The position numbers and the translations under genes were made by a program. Of a stretch of 64,000 nucleotides of DNA, positions 36,324-43,903 are shown in pieces. The notes beneath the pieces are model-generated. The model made no database searches. It had not been told where the DNA came from and saw only the letters and a list, made by a program, of their open reading frames with translations. Every line of letters starts with the position of its first letter. The stretch's first letter is position 1. Origin of the DNA: Paludibacterium sp. (GTDB lineage: Bacteria; Pseudomonadota; Gammaproteobacteria; Burkholderiales; Chromobacteriaceae); contig NZ_JAFAND010000118.1 in NCBI RefSeq assembly GCF_019232825.1, positions 7,498 through 71,497 of the forward strand. The letters run 5' to 3'.

Positions 36324-38268
36324 GATCATTCCTCGGCAACGCGCCACGGGTAGGGTCTGGCCGGACAAGGCTCACGGTAACGCCCGGCCCGGAAGTAATC
36401 GTCAGGCTTGCGCCGAGCCGGGCGGCACGTTCGCGCATAATCCGCAAACCGACGTGATGGCCGTCCTCTTGGTCCGCCGCCACCGCCGGGGCCATGCCCG
36501 GCCCGTTGTCGCGGATGGTCAGCGACAACACCGGCCCCTCGACATAGCTCACCTCGACCAGATCGGCGCCGTGCGCATGCTTACGCACGTTGGACAACGC
36601 CTCTTGCAGGATGAACAACACCTGAATCTGCAGGTCGGTCGGCAACGGCAAGCCATGGCCGGAGACGATGAAATCGACCCCCATCCCGGTCTGGCGTCGA
36701 AATCGGTCGATGGTCGCCTCCAACGCGCTCTTCAGGTCGCTTTCCTCCAACCGAGAACGGAAATTGTGCAACAAATCGCGCACATCGTCATAACTTTCCT
36801 GCACGCCGGTATGCAAGAGCGGCACCACCGCACGCGCCTCATCGAGCGCGCCGCGCTTGAGGGCGTCCTCCAGCATCTGCACTTGCAGATTCAAGAAGGA
36901 CAACCCCTGAGCAATGCTGTCATGCAAACCTTGGGCCAGCAGATTACGCTCTTGCGTAATCGCCAGTTCCCGTTCGCTGGCCGCCAGCCGCAGACTCTCC
37001 AGCGCATTGCCCAGGTGGTTGCCGAGGCTATCGAGCAATTGCATGTCGCGCGGGGTGAAAAGGTGCGGTTCGCGGAAATACAGCGTGAAGAAACCGGTTT
37101 GCTGCTGGCGCGCGCGCACCGGAAAAGCCGACACCTGCGCGAAGCCGAGCCGGGCGCACGAAGCGGGAAAGCCGGCGGGCACGCCGGCGCGAAAATCCTG
37201 GATCACCGCGCTGTTGCTGCGCACCACCTGGCCGCACAGACAATCGTCGATCTGGCGGCATTCCGGGGCGGAGGCCAACGTATCGGGCAGATGATCCGCC
37301 GCCAGCAGGTGCGCCTGCATGCCGGTCGGATCGGTGACGCGCGCGCTGCACGCTTCGGCGCCAAACCAGCCGCGCAAGTGCTCGACAAAGCCTTGGCACA
37401 GCTCCTGCCCGTCGAAATTCTCGTTCAGCCAGGCCGTGGTGCCATACAACAGCGACAGCTCGCGATTCTGTTCATTGAGAATCGCGGTCTTGTCATCCAC
37501 GCGCGCCTCCAGCGTGGCATAAGACTCCGACAGCCGGTCGGCCATATGATTAAAGCCCTGCGCCAGCTCGCCGAACTCGTCGCGCGTCTCCACCGGCAAC
37601 CGCACCGACAGGTCGTGCGACGCCATGCGCCCCATCCCCTCGCTCAGGCGCTCCAACGGCCGGAAGATCAAGAGGAACATCAGATAGATTTGCGCCGTGC
37701 AGCCGGCGATGGCCATGGCGATCAACATCACCTGCGAGGTCTGCAGCATCAGCGTGCGCTGCTCGTTATAGTGTTCGACCAAATTGACCAGGCTGTCGAT
37801 CTGCCCGACGAATTCGTCCGCGCGCTGGCGCATGGCGGCGCGGTCGAGCCGGGTTTCCCCGGCGAGCACGGCGCGCGCCGGCGGCAGAATTTCAGTTTCG
37901 TAGCGGCTGCGGATGCGGTCGAACGTTTCATGCACCACATCGTCGTGCGGCAGATAGAGCGGCCGCACCGGATCGCCCTCTTTCAGATCTTGCAGCGTGC
38001 GATCGAACAACGACAAGTCGCCAACGATGCGCTGGCGCAAGGCGGGTGTTGGCGTGGCGACGTATTCCTGCAGCGACAGGGCCAACCGGTAGGTCTGCTT
38101 GCGCAGACTGCCGGCGGCATTGATGGCGGCCGCACCGCCCTCCAATTGCCAGGACAGGTATAAGGTGGCGCCGATCGCCGTCAGCCCGATGAGGAGCGTG
38201 AGCAGCAGAAAACTAACGACGCGGGTGCTCAGCCGGCGCTGCGGCGACAAAATAGTGATTGACGGCAT
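36316..38268 (-). CDS. narX: Nitrate/nitrite sensor histidine kinase
   Basis: 650 aa. Two TM segments flank a periplasmic P-box (AINAAGSLRKQTYRL). Then HAMP, a GAF-like Cys-rich linker, H-box LAQGLHDSIAQ and HATPase_c. Confidence 0.9.
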   Translation of the reverse strand: MPSITILSPQRRLSTRVVSFLLLTLLIGLTAIGATLYLSWQLEGGAAAINAAGSLRKQTYRLALSLQEYVATPTPALRQRIVGDLSLFDRTLQDLKEGDPVRPLYLPHDDVVHETFDRIRSRYETEILPPARAVLAGETRLDRAAMRQRADEFVGQIDSLVNLVEHYNEQRTLMLQTSQVMLIAMAIAGCTAQIYLMFLLIFRPLERLSEGMGRMASHDLSVRLPVETRDEFGELAQGFNHMADRLSESYATLEARVDDKTAILNEQNRELSLLYGTTAWLNENFDGQELCQGFVEHLRGWFGAEACSARVTDPTGMQAHLLAADHLPDTLASAPECRQIDDCLCGQVVRSNSAVIQDFRAGVPAGFPASCARLGFAQVSAFPVRARQQQTGFFTLYFREPHLFTPRDMQLLDSLGNHLGNALESLRLAASERELAITQERNLLAQGLHDSIAQGLSFLNLQVQMLEDALKRGALDEARAVVPLLHTGVQESYDDVRDLLHNFRSRLEESDLKSALEATIDRFRRQTGMGVDFIVSGHGLPLPTDLQIQVLFILQEALSNVRKHAHGADLVEVSYVEGPVLSLTIRDNGPGMAPAVAADQEDGHHVGLRIMRERAARLGASLTITSGPGVTVSLVRPDPTRGALPRNDHD

Positions 38269-38283
38269 GCGATGCGCTCCGGT

Positions 38284-39288
38284 TTACCCGCCGGTCTGAG
38301 ACATGAATCTCACGATTTTAGCCGGCGCTTCGACAAAATGGTGTTTTTCCGGTTTACGGCGAATCGCGGCGACGATTGCGGCGCAGAGCTCAGCGTCGTC
38401 GCACCCGGCGCGCAGCAATGGCCGCAGCGCGACTTTATCCTCCTGGCCCAGGCATAGATACAGTGTGCCCTCGACCGAGAGACGAACACGATTGCACGTC
38501 GCGCAGAAATGTTGACTGATCGGCGTGATCACGCCCAATTGCCCTTGCCCATCCGGCGTCTGCCAGTAACGCGCCGGCCCGCCGCCCAATTCGCGCGCGC
38601 TGGGCGCCAAGCCAAAACGGGCAATCAGCCCCGGCAGCACCGCCGACACCGGCAGGTAGTGGGCATTGCGCCCGCGCTCGCCCATGGGCATCACTTCGAT
38701 CAGACGCAGGATGAAGCCGTGCTCGAAACAGAAGGCGGCCATGCGTTCGACTTCGCCATCGTTGACGCCGCGCATCAGCACCATGTTCAGCTTGATCGGC
38801 GCGAGGCCGGCGGCCTTGCCCGCCATCAAGCCGGCGATCACCGCATCCAGACTGTCCCGCCCAGTGACTTCGCGCATACACCCCTTGTCGAGCGAATCGA
38901 GGCTCACATTCAGGCGCGTGAGGCCAGCCTGACGCAACGCCGCGGCATGGCGCGCCAGCTGGGTGCCATTGGTCGACAACGATAGATCGCGCACGCCGCC
39001 AATGGCCGACAGCCGCTCCACCAGCGAGGGCAATCGCCGGCGCATCAGCGGTTCGCCGCCCGTCAGACGGAAACGTTGCACGCCAAGCGAGGCAAATGCC
39101 GCCACCACCCGCGCGATTTCGTCAAAAGTCAGCCAATCCTCCGGTTCGGCATAGCCGTCGAATCCCTTGGGCAGGCAATAGCTGCAACGCAGATCGCAGC
39201 GGTCGGTGACCGACAGTCGCAGGTAGTCGATGCGGCGCCCGTAGGCGTCATGCAGGCCGGCAGTGGCCATCGTGCGGGGTTCAATCAT
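38284..39288 (-). CDS. moaA: GTP 3',8-cyclase (molybdenum cofactor biosynthesis protein A)
   Basis: Radical-SAM CDLRCSYC motif and C-terminal Cys cluster (CATCNRVRLS). Start at MIEPRT has AAGGAG upstream. Its stop is 15 nt from the narX start. Confidence 0.92.
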   Translation of the reverse strand: MIEPRTMATAGLHDAYGRRIDYLRLSVTDRCDLRCSYCLPKGFDGYAEPEDWLTFDEIARVVAAFASLGVQRFRLTGGEPLMRRRLPSLVERLSAIGGVRDLSLSTNGTQLARHAAALRQAGLTRLNVSLDSLDKGCMREVTGRDSLDAVIAGLMAGKAAGLAPIKLNMVLMRGVNDGEVERMAAFCFEHGFILRLIEVMPMGERGRNAHYLPVSAVLPGLIARFGLAPSARELGGGPARYWQTPDGQGQLGVITPISQHFCATCNRVRLSVEGTLYLCLGQEDKVALRPLLRAGCDDAELCAAIVAAIRRKPEKHHFVEAPAKIVRFMSQTGG

Positions 39289-39359
39289 GGTGCGGCGCTC
39301 CTTGCCGTCAGTGTAGAGGCTGACGGCAGCGGAAACAGTCAGCCGGATGGCGAAAGCAT

Positions 39360-39377
39360 CTAGTTCGAACGAACTAG
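39360..39377. repeat. CTAGTTC-gaac-GAACTAG inverted repeat in the moaA / secreted-protein divergent region
   Basis: 7-bp arms with a 4-bp spacer, extendable by flanking AAGC/GCTT pairing. Lies 72 nt upstream of the moaA ATG. Confidence 0.55.
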
Positions 39378-39519
39378 CTTTTCTTTCCACCCCCAGGCGT
39401 CAGAAGACGTCGCCAAGTGCTGACCGATCTTTGCACCCGCCCGAACGCATGCCCGTGCACGGGATCTAGTCGCCCAGGGGTGCGCCGCATCCTTGTTCAA
39501 GAAAGGAAAGGGTAACGAC

Positions 39520-39951
39520 ATGCAGCACAAATCCATGTTGTGGATTTGGGCAGGGCTCGCCACCGCACCGGCCTGGGCCGAGACGGCCGCGCCTTGCCCA
39601 TTCGCAAGCAACATCGAAATCCGTGGCGCGGTCTATCACGCCGCGGCGCCGGGCGGCGGCGAATGGATGGGCTTTGCGTCGCCGGGCCTACCGGTGCGGC
39701 GTTTCGACAAAGCCACTTTCATCGCCGAGCGGGATAACGCCCTCTACGGCCGGCAAGCAAAATGCAGCTACGAATTACAGCAGGTCGGCAGCATTGATCT
39801 TTTTCTCAACCCGCGCCAAAGCGAGCCGCCGCGCATTCGCATGGGTAATCAGAGCGCCTGGAAATCACGCGAGCACCCACTGGGCGTGACCTACTACGAG
39901 TGCCGTAAAAAGGACCCGTCTGCCTGCGCCTTTCTCTACACCCAGCCCTAG
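39520..39951 (+). CDS. Small secreted four-cysteine protein, paralog 1 (possibly DUF3757-like)
   Basis: 143 aa. Signal peptide MQHKSMLWIWAGLATAPAWA. Conserved CP..I.[IV]RG..Y, GG.W.G, KC[ST]Y, ECR..DP..C.F.YT with paralogs 2 and 3. AAAGGAAAGGG lies upstream. Confidence 0.7.
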   Translation: MQHKSMLWIWAGLATAPAWAETAAPCPFASNIEIRGAVYHAAAPGGGEWMGFASPGLPVRRFDKATFIAERDNALYGRQAKCSYELQQVGSIDLFLNPRQSEPPRIRMGNQSAWKSREHPLGVTYYECRKKDPSACAFLYTQP

Positions 39952-39963
39952 CGGAGCAACGCC

Positions 39964-40434
39964 ATGGTAAAAGTAAAAATAGCCTGGCTAACGGCTTCCT
40001 TGCTGACGGTGATGACGCCGGCTTGGGCCGGATCGTCGGCACATTGCCCGGCCATTCGTGACATCAAGGTTCGCGGCATGCTTTACAGCGCGCGCGTCGA
40101 TGACGGGGGCAAGTGGCTCGGCATCGCCGATGCCGGCTCGCGGGGGCGGGTCAAAACCTTTGACCGCGCCATCATTTACCCCACCGAACAGCCCACAGGC
40201 AAAGCCGGCGACACCCGGCGGCTTGAGGACATGCCGGCCCGTTTCGGCAAATGCAGCTACAACCTCGAACACGGCAGCGTGGATCTGCGCTTCAAACCGG
40301 CCACCCAACCCGTTGTCTTCGTCAGCCCACGGGCAACGGCCAGTTGGCAAAAAGAAACAGGCGCATTTGATTTCCGCTATTTCCAATGCCGGCAAGCCGA
40401 CCCGACGGCTTGCCTCTTTGTCTACACGGACTGA
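39964..40434 (+). CDS. Small secreted four-cysteine protein, paralog 2
   Basis: 156 aa. Signal peptide ..LLTVMTPAWA. Same four Cys positions, with about a dozen extra residues before the FGKCSY motif. Confidence 0.7.
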   Translation: MVKVKIAWLTASLLTVMTPAWAGSSAHCPAIRDIKVRGMLYSARVDDGGKWLGIADAGSRGRVKTFDRAIIYPTEQPTGKAGDTRRLEDMPARFGKCSYNLEHGSVDLRFKPATQPVVFVSPRATASWQKETGAFDFRYFQCRQADPTACLFVYTD

Positions 40435-40460
40435 ACCCCATGAACATGGAAGGAGTTGCC

Positions 40461-40886
40461 ATGAATAAGCCGCTCGCACTGGCGCTGTCTTGGCTATTGA
40501 TCGCCGCACCAGCCTTAGCCGAATCGTCGGCGCATTGCCCCGCAACCAACGCCATCAAGATACGTGGCGGCGTCTACACCGCCCCCGTTGGCGACGGCGG
40601 AGAATGGCTCGGCATCGCCGCGCCGGGCTCTGGCGGCCGCGTGCAGCGCTTCGACTCGGCCATTCTCTACCCGGCGCAAGGCGGGCACCCGGCCCGCTTC
40701 GGCAAGTGCACTTATCGGCTGCAGACCGGCTTGGTCGGTCTGCGCTTCAAACCGGGCAACGCCGAGCCTGCGGCGCGGAGAGCCGGCGCCAACGTTTGGA
40801 TACGTCAGGAGGGACCGTTCAGCTTGGTCTATGACGAGTGCCGCGAAACCGACCCCACGCAGTGCGCCTTCTTGTACACCGACTAG
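40461..40886 (+). CDS. Small secreted four-cysteine protein, paralog 3
   Basis: 141 aa from MNKPLALALSWLLIAAPALA (GGAAGGAG upstream). The track start at 40386 overlaps paralog 2. Same motif set, ending CAFLYTD. Confidence 0.7.
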   Translation: MNKPLALALSWLLIAAPALAESSAHCPATNAIKIRGGVYTAPVGDGGEWLGIAAPGSGGRVQRFDSAILYPAQGGHPARFGKCTYRLQTGLVGLRFKPGNAEPAARRAGANVWIRQEGPFSLVYDECRETDPTQCAFLYTD

Positions 40887-41084
40887 TATCGGCGGCGCGG
40901 CCCTAGCCGCGCCAAAGCCGTCAATTCTTTTCCAAGGCGTTGAATTTTATGTTTTTTTGTTTACGCAGCCGATAACAAACACACGCTTTAACGCCTGTTC
41001 ATCCTGCCGCAGCCCCCATCGCGTACAACCAAATACACGCAACGCACTTAGCGCGCTTTTCAATAACGATATCAAGGAGTCACC

Positions 41085-41228
41085 ATGAAAACCCGACTGA
41101 TTGTCGCGATACTCGCCCTCTTTGCCGCCGGCATGCCGGTCGTCGCCGCCGCCTACGACAAAGACCATCCCGCGATGAACCACTGCACCCAGAACCAAGA
41201 CGGCAGTCAAACCTGCTCAACGCATTGA
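41085..41228 (+). CDS. Candidate 47-aa secreted peptide (not in the ORF track)
   Basis: ATG 41085 is preceded by AAGGAG at a 7-nt spacing. MKTRLIVAILALFAAGMPVVAAA/YDKDHPAMNHCTQNQDGSQTCSTH: signal peptide, then a 24-residue polar mature part with 2 Cys. GC3 is about 74%, and an 11-bp-stem hairpin follows. Confidence 0.5.
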   Translation: MKTRLIVAILALFAAGMPVVAAAYDKDHPAMNHCTQNQDGSQTCSTH

Positions 41229-41357
41229 AGAAAGAGCGATAACGCACGCTACCGGAACGCGCCGTAGCGTGCGTTCGCGAAGCAACGCACGACATCAAAA
41301 TGATCAGGCCGCTCTTTTTCGGGTATCATTCCTATTCCCCTTTACCGTGTATTCACC

Positions 41358-42155
41358 GTGTATCAGCTCATCGTCTCCGACTTGGACGGCACGCTGCTTG
41401 ACGCCAATCACAGTGTCGATCCCTATACCGCAGAAACACTGCAAGCCCTAGAAAATCTAGGCGTGTACCTGGTCATCGCCACTGGGCGGCACTTCCTTGA
41501 CGTCGCTGGCATACGCGCCGCGCTCGGCGTGCGGGCCCACCTGATCACCGCCAACGGCGCGCGCATCCACGACCCCGCCGACCGGTTGATCTACCGCCGT
41601 GACATTCCGTCCGAACTCGTGCGGCAATTGGCGGACCCGGCTTTGTCGCGGGGCTGCTTGTTGAATTTTTATGTTGACGATGGCTGGCTGATCGACCAGC
41701 CTTGCCAGCGCTTGTTCGACGTGCACCGGGACTCCGGTTTCCAGTACCAGCTCAGCGACCTCACCCAGCATAGCGGCGAAGGCGTCGGCAAGGTGTTGTA
41801 CATTGCGCCGCACGATCACCTGCTGACGGTGGAACAGCAGTTGCACCAGCGTTTCGGTGACGGCGCGGCCATTACCTTCTCCGCGCCGGACTGCCTCGAA
41901 GTCATGGCCCGCGACGTCTCGAAAGGCAGCGCGCTGCAGATCGTGCTCGACCAGTTGGGCATCGACGCCGCGCACTGCCTCGCTTTCGGCGACAATCAAA
42001 ACGACATCGAACTGCTGCAAGTGGCCGGCCACCCCCGCGTCATGGGGAACGCGCATCCGCGACTGACGGCGCAACTGCCCGATGCAATGCGCATCGGCCA
42101 CAACCACGAAGCCGCGGTCGCTCGCCACCTGCGCGAGCTGTTCAAGCTGCGTTAA
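41358..42155 (+). CDS. Cof-type HAD-IIB family hydrolase (sugar-phosphatase-like)
   Basis: 265 aa, GTG start. Motif I SDLDGTLL and motif IV GDNQNDIELL. Confidence 0.88.
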   Translation: MYQLIVSDLDGTLLDANHSVDPYTAETLQALENLGVYLVIATGRHFLDVAGIRAALGVRAHLITANGARIHDPADRLIYRRDIPSELVRQLADPALSRGCLLNFYVDDGWLIDQPCQRLFDVHRDSGFQYQLSDLTQHSGEGVGKVLYIAPHDHLLTVEQQLHQRFGDGAAITFSAPDCLEVMARDVSKGSALQIVLDQLGIDAAHCLAFGDNQNDIELLQVAGHPRVMGNAHPRLTAQLPDAMRIGHNHEAAVARHLRELFKLR

Positions 42156-42181
42156 GTCCCGAGCAAGTCTCAAGCGTCTCA

Positions 42182-42206
42182 ACTTGGCGGCCCTGGGCCG
42201 CCAAGT
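42182..42206 (+). terminator. Hairpin downstream of the HAD hydrolase gene (weak terminator)
   Basis: ACTTGGCGGCC(C)-t-(G)GGCCGCCAAGT, a long GC stem with a poor T-tract (CCGATTTCT). Confidence 0.4.
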
Positions 42207-42573
42207 CCGATTTCTACTCTCTACTATCCGCGTGACGATCATGTCGGCCGAGGACCGGCCAAAGAAAAAGACGCCCGGGTTGCGCGCTTCTCACCAAAGA
42301 TTTGCCTTGTACGACTACCCCGACGCACAAGGCAACAACCAGCGTATAAGAGCGAAGGGTTCCGGCGAGTAGCGCGCAACCTGGGCGTCCTCATTGGGAG
42401 CAACAGGTTACCAAACCAGGCCGGACCAGCCCGTGACATCGCGGCCGACCTGTTACGTCAAGCTTACGCCTGCGGCAGAAACTTGCACGGATTTAGTCTG
42501 AATTTGGCTATACAAACATGGGAAAAATTCTGAATATTTCTGAATGGCGTGCGATTTCCCTGCAAAAACACCC

Positions 42574-43050
42574 TTACTGCTCGCTGCAATAGAACTGAAA
42601 GTCTTCGTTGACCTGCACGTTGTACAGTCCGTCGGCAACGGGAGTAAACGTCATGGATCCCGTCATGCCGGGTTGCAGCATGGGGAATAGCGTCGACAGA
42701 TCATCGCCGGTATCGTCGCGATAGCGCGACACGTTCCGGGTCAGATATTGAAAGCGCCCCCGGCCCAAATCCTGAAAGCGCGCGTCAATTTGCCGATGCA
42801 GGACGTGCAAGGCGCCATCCGATTTCCAATTCACGTTGAAAATCCATTGCGAGCCGGCGGCAAACACCATCAAGTGGCCCGATACGTGACTGGCGCCGTC
42901 TTGCCCGCGTGCGATAACCACATTGGCCAGGCAAGGATTGCGCGGCGCCAGCACGCGTCCGCCGGCGGGGTTGGCCCACCACAGCGTACCGGCCAGCAAC
43001 GCTTCCAACACCAGAATGATCAGATATTTTTTTGCATTAGCGATACGCAT
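42574..43050 (-). CDS. Small N-terminally anchored periplasmic protein, ToxS/FidL-like by position
   Basis: 158 aa. One N-terminal TM segment (KYLIILVLEALLAGTLWW), then a beta-rich ~125-aa domain. Its start overlaps the upstream ToxR-like gene by 31 nt. Confidence 0.55.
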   Translation of the reverse strand: MRIANAKKYLIILVLEALLAGTLWWANPAGGRVLAPRNPCLANVVIARGQDGASHVSGHLMVFAAGSQWIFNVNWKSDGALHVLHRQIDARFQDLGRGRFQYLTRNVSRYRDDTGDDLSTLFPMLQPGMTGSMTFTPVADGLYNVQVNEDFQFYCSEQ

Positions 43051-43808
43051 GTTTCCGCCCCATCAGGCAGCGCGGTGGGGCACGCTAGGATGATGTAATT
43101 CTTACCGACCGCACGATAGTACACGTATCGGATGTTTTGCTGCTCCAGCCCAAAGCCGCGGTAGCGCGCCAATACGTCGGCCAAAGACATGCCAGGGTCC
43201 TTGTAGACGTACACCTTGATGTCGGTCATGGTGCCCAACAGGCGAAATCCGTTATCCGAGCGCAGCAGCAAGCTGCCGCACAAGAGCGCCATCAATAAGA
43301 TCAACGCGCCCCACCACCAAGTGGGTAGCCGCCGCGGCGTCGGCGCCGCGTACCACGAGGCGACCTCCTGCACCAGCACCGGCGCGGGGGAGTCCGGGGC
43401 ATCCGGCTCGCAGTCGGGATGCCATGGCTCGGCCTTGCCGACAAAAGCGACGCCGACACGCGGCAAGGTTTTGAGCAGATCAGCCGGCAGGCCTACCGCC
43501 TCAAACGCATTGCGCAGCCCTTTCACCACCTTGTAATAGTTGTTTTCCGTGACGATGACGCCACGCGAACCCCAGAGCAACGTGATGATTTCACGCTTAT
43601 CCTGGATGCCGTCGAGAAGCGCGGACAGCAGGCGAGCCTCGTGCTCCTTCAGCTCGACATGCACATCCTGCTTGGAGAGATGTCTGCGCTGGCGGTCGAA
43701 CAGCACCTGCCCTTCCAGCACAAACATCGGAGGAAAGTCATTTTGCAATGCCATGTATGTGTAGACGACCGCATGCCGGCGCTCGGGGTAGGCGACAACA
43801 TCAGTCAT
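43020..43808 (-). CDS. ToxR/CadC/MarT-like membrane-anchored winged-helix transcriptional regulator
   Basis: 262 aa. N-terminal OmpR/PhoB-type DNA-binding domain (..VELKEHEARLLSALL..ITLLWG....NNYYKVVKGLRNAF.., LPRVGVAFVG). No receiver domain. TM segment WWWGALILLMALLCGSLLL and an ~80-aa periplasmic domain with two Cys. Confidence 0.75.
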   Translation of the reverse strand: MTDVVAYPERRHAVVYTYMALQNDFPPMFVLEGQVLFDRQRRHLSKQDVHVELKEHEARLLSALLDGIQDKREIITLLWGSRGVIVTENNYYKVVKGLRNAFEAVGLPADLLKTLPRVGVAFVGKAEPWHPDCEPDAPDSPAPVLVQEVASWYAAPTPRRLPTWWWGALILLMALLCGSLLLRSDNGFRLLGTMTDIKVYVYKDPGMSLADVLARYRGFGLEQQNIRYVYYRAVGKNYIILACPTALPDGAETCVSLMQKNI

Positions 43809-43903
43809 TCATAAATTTCTTATACGCTAGATGGCGATTATACATGCCCCACATCACACGACCATGACTTAAATCGACCCGAGCGTATGCGCAGACAACC
43901 TGT

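Noticed and set aside
42241-42372. 43-codon ORF MSAEDRPKKKTPGLRASHQRFALYDYPDAQGNNQRIRAKGSGE in the HAD-ToxS gap.
   Set aside because: It has no SD and its GC3 (about two thirds) is clearly below that of neighbouring genes. It lies in frame with a spurious ORF running out of the HAD gene, and there is nothing to support expression.
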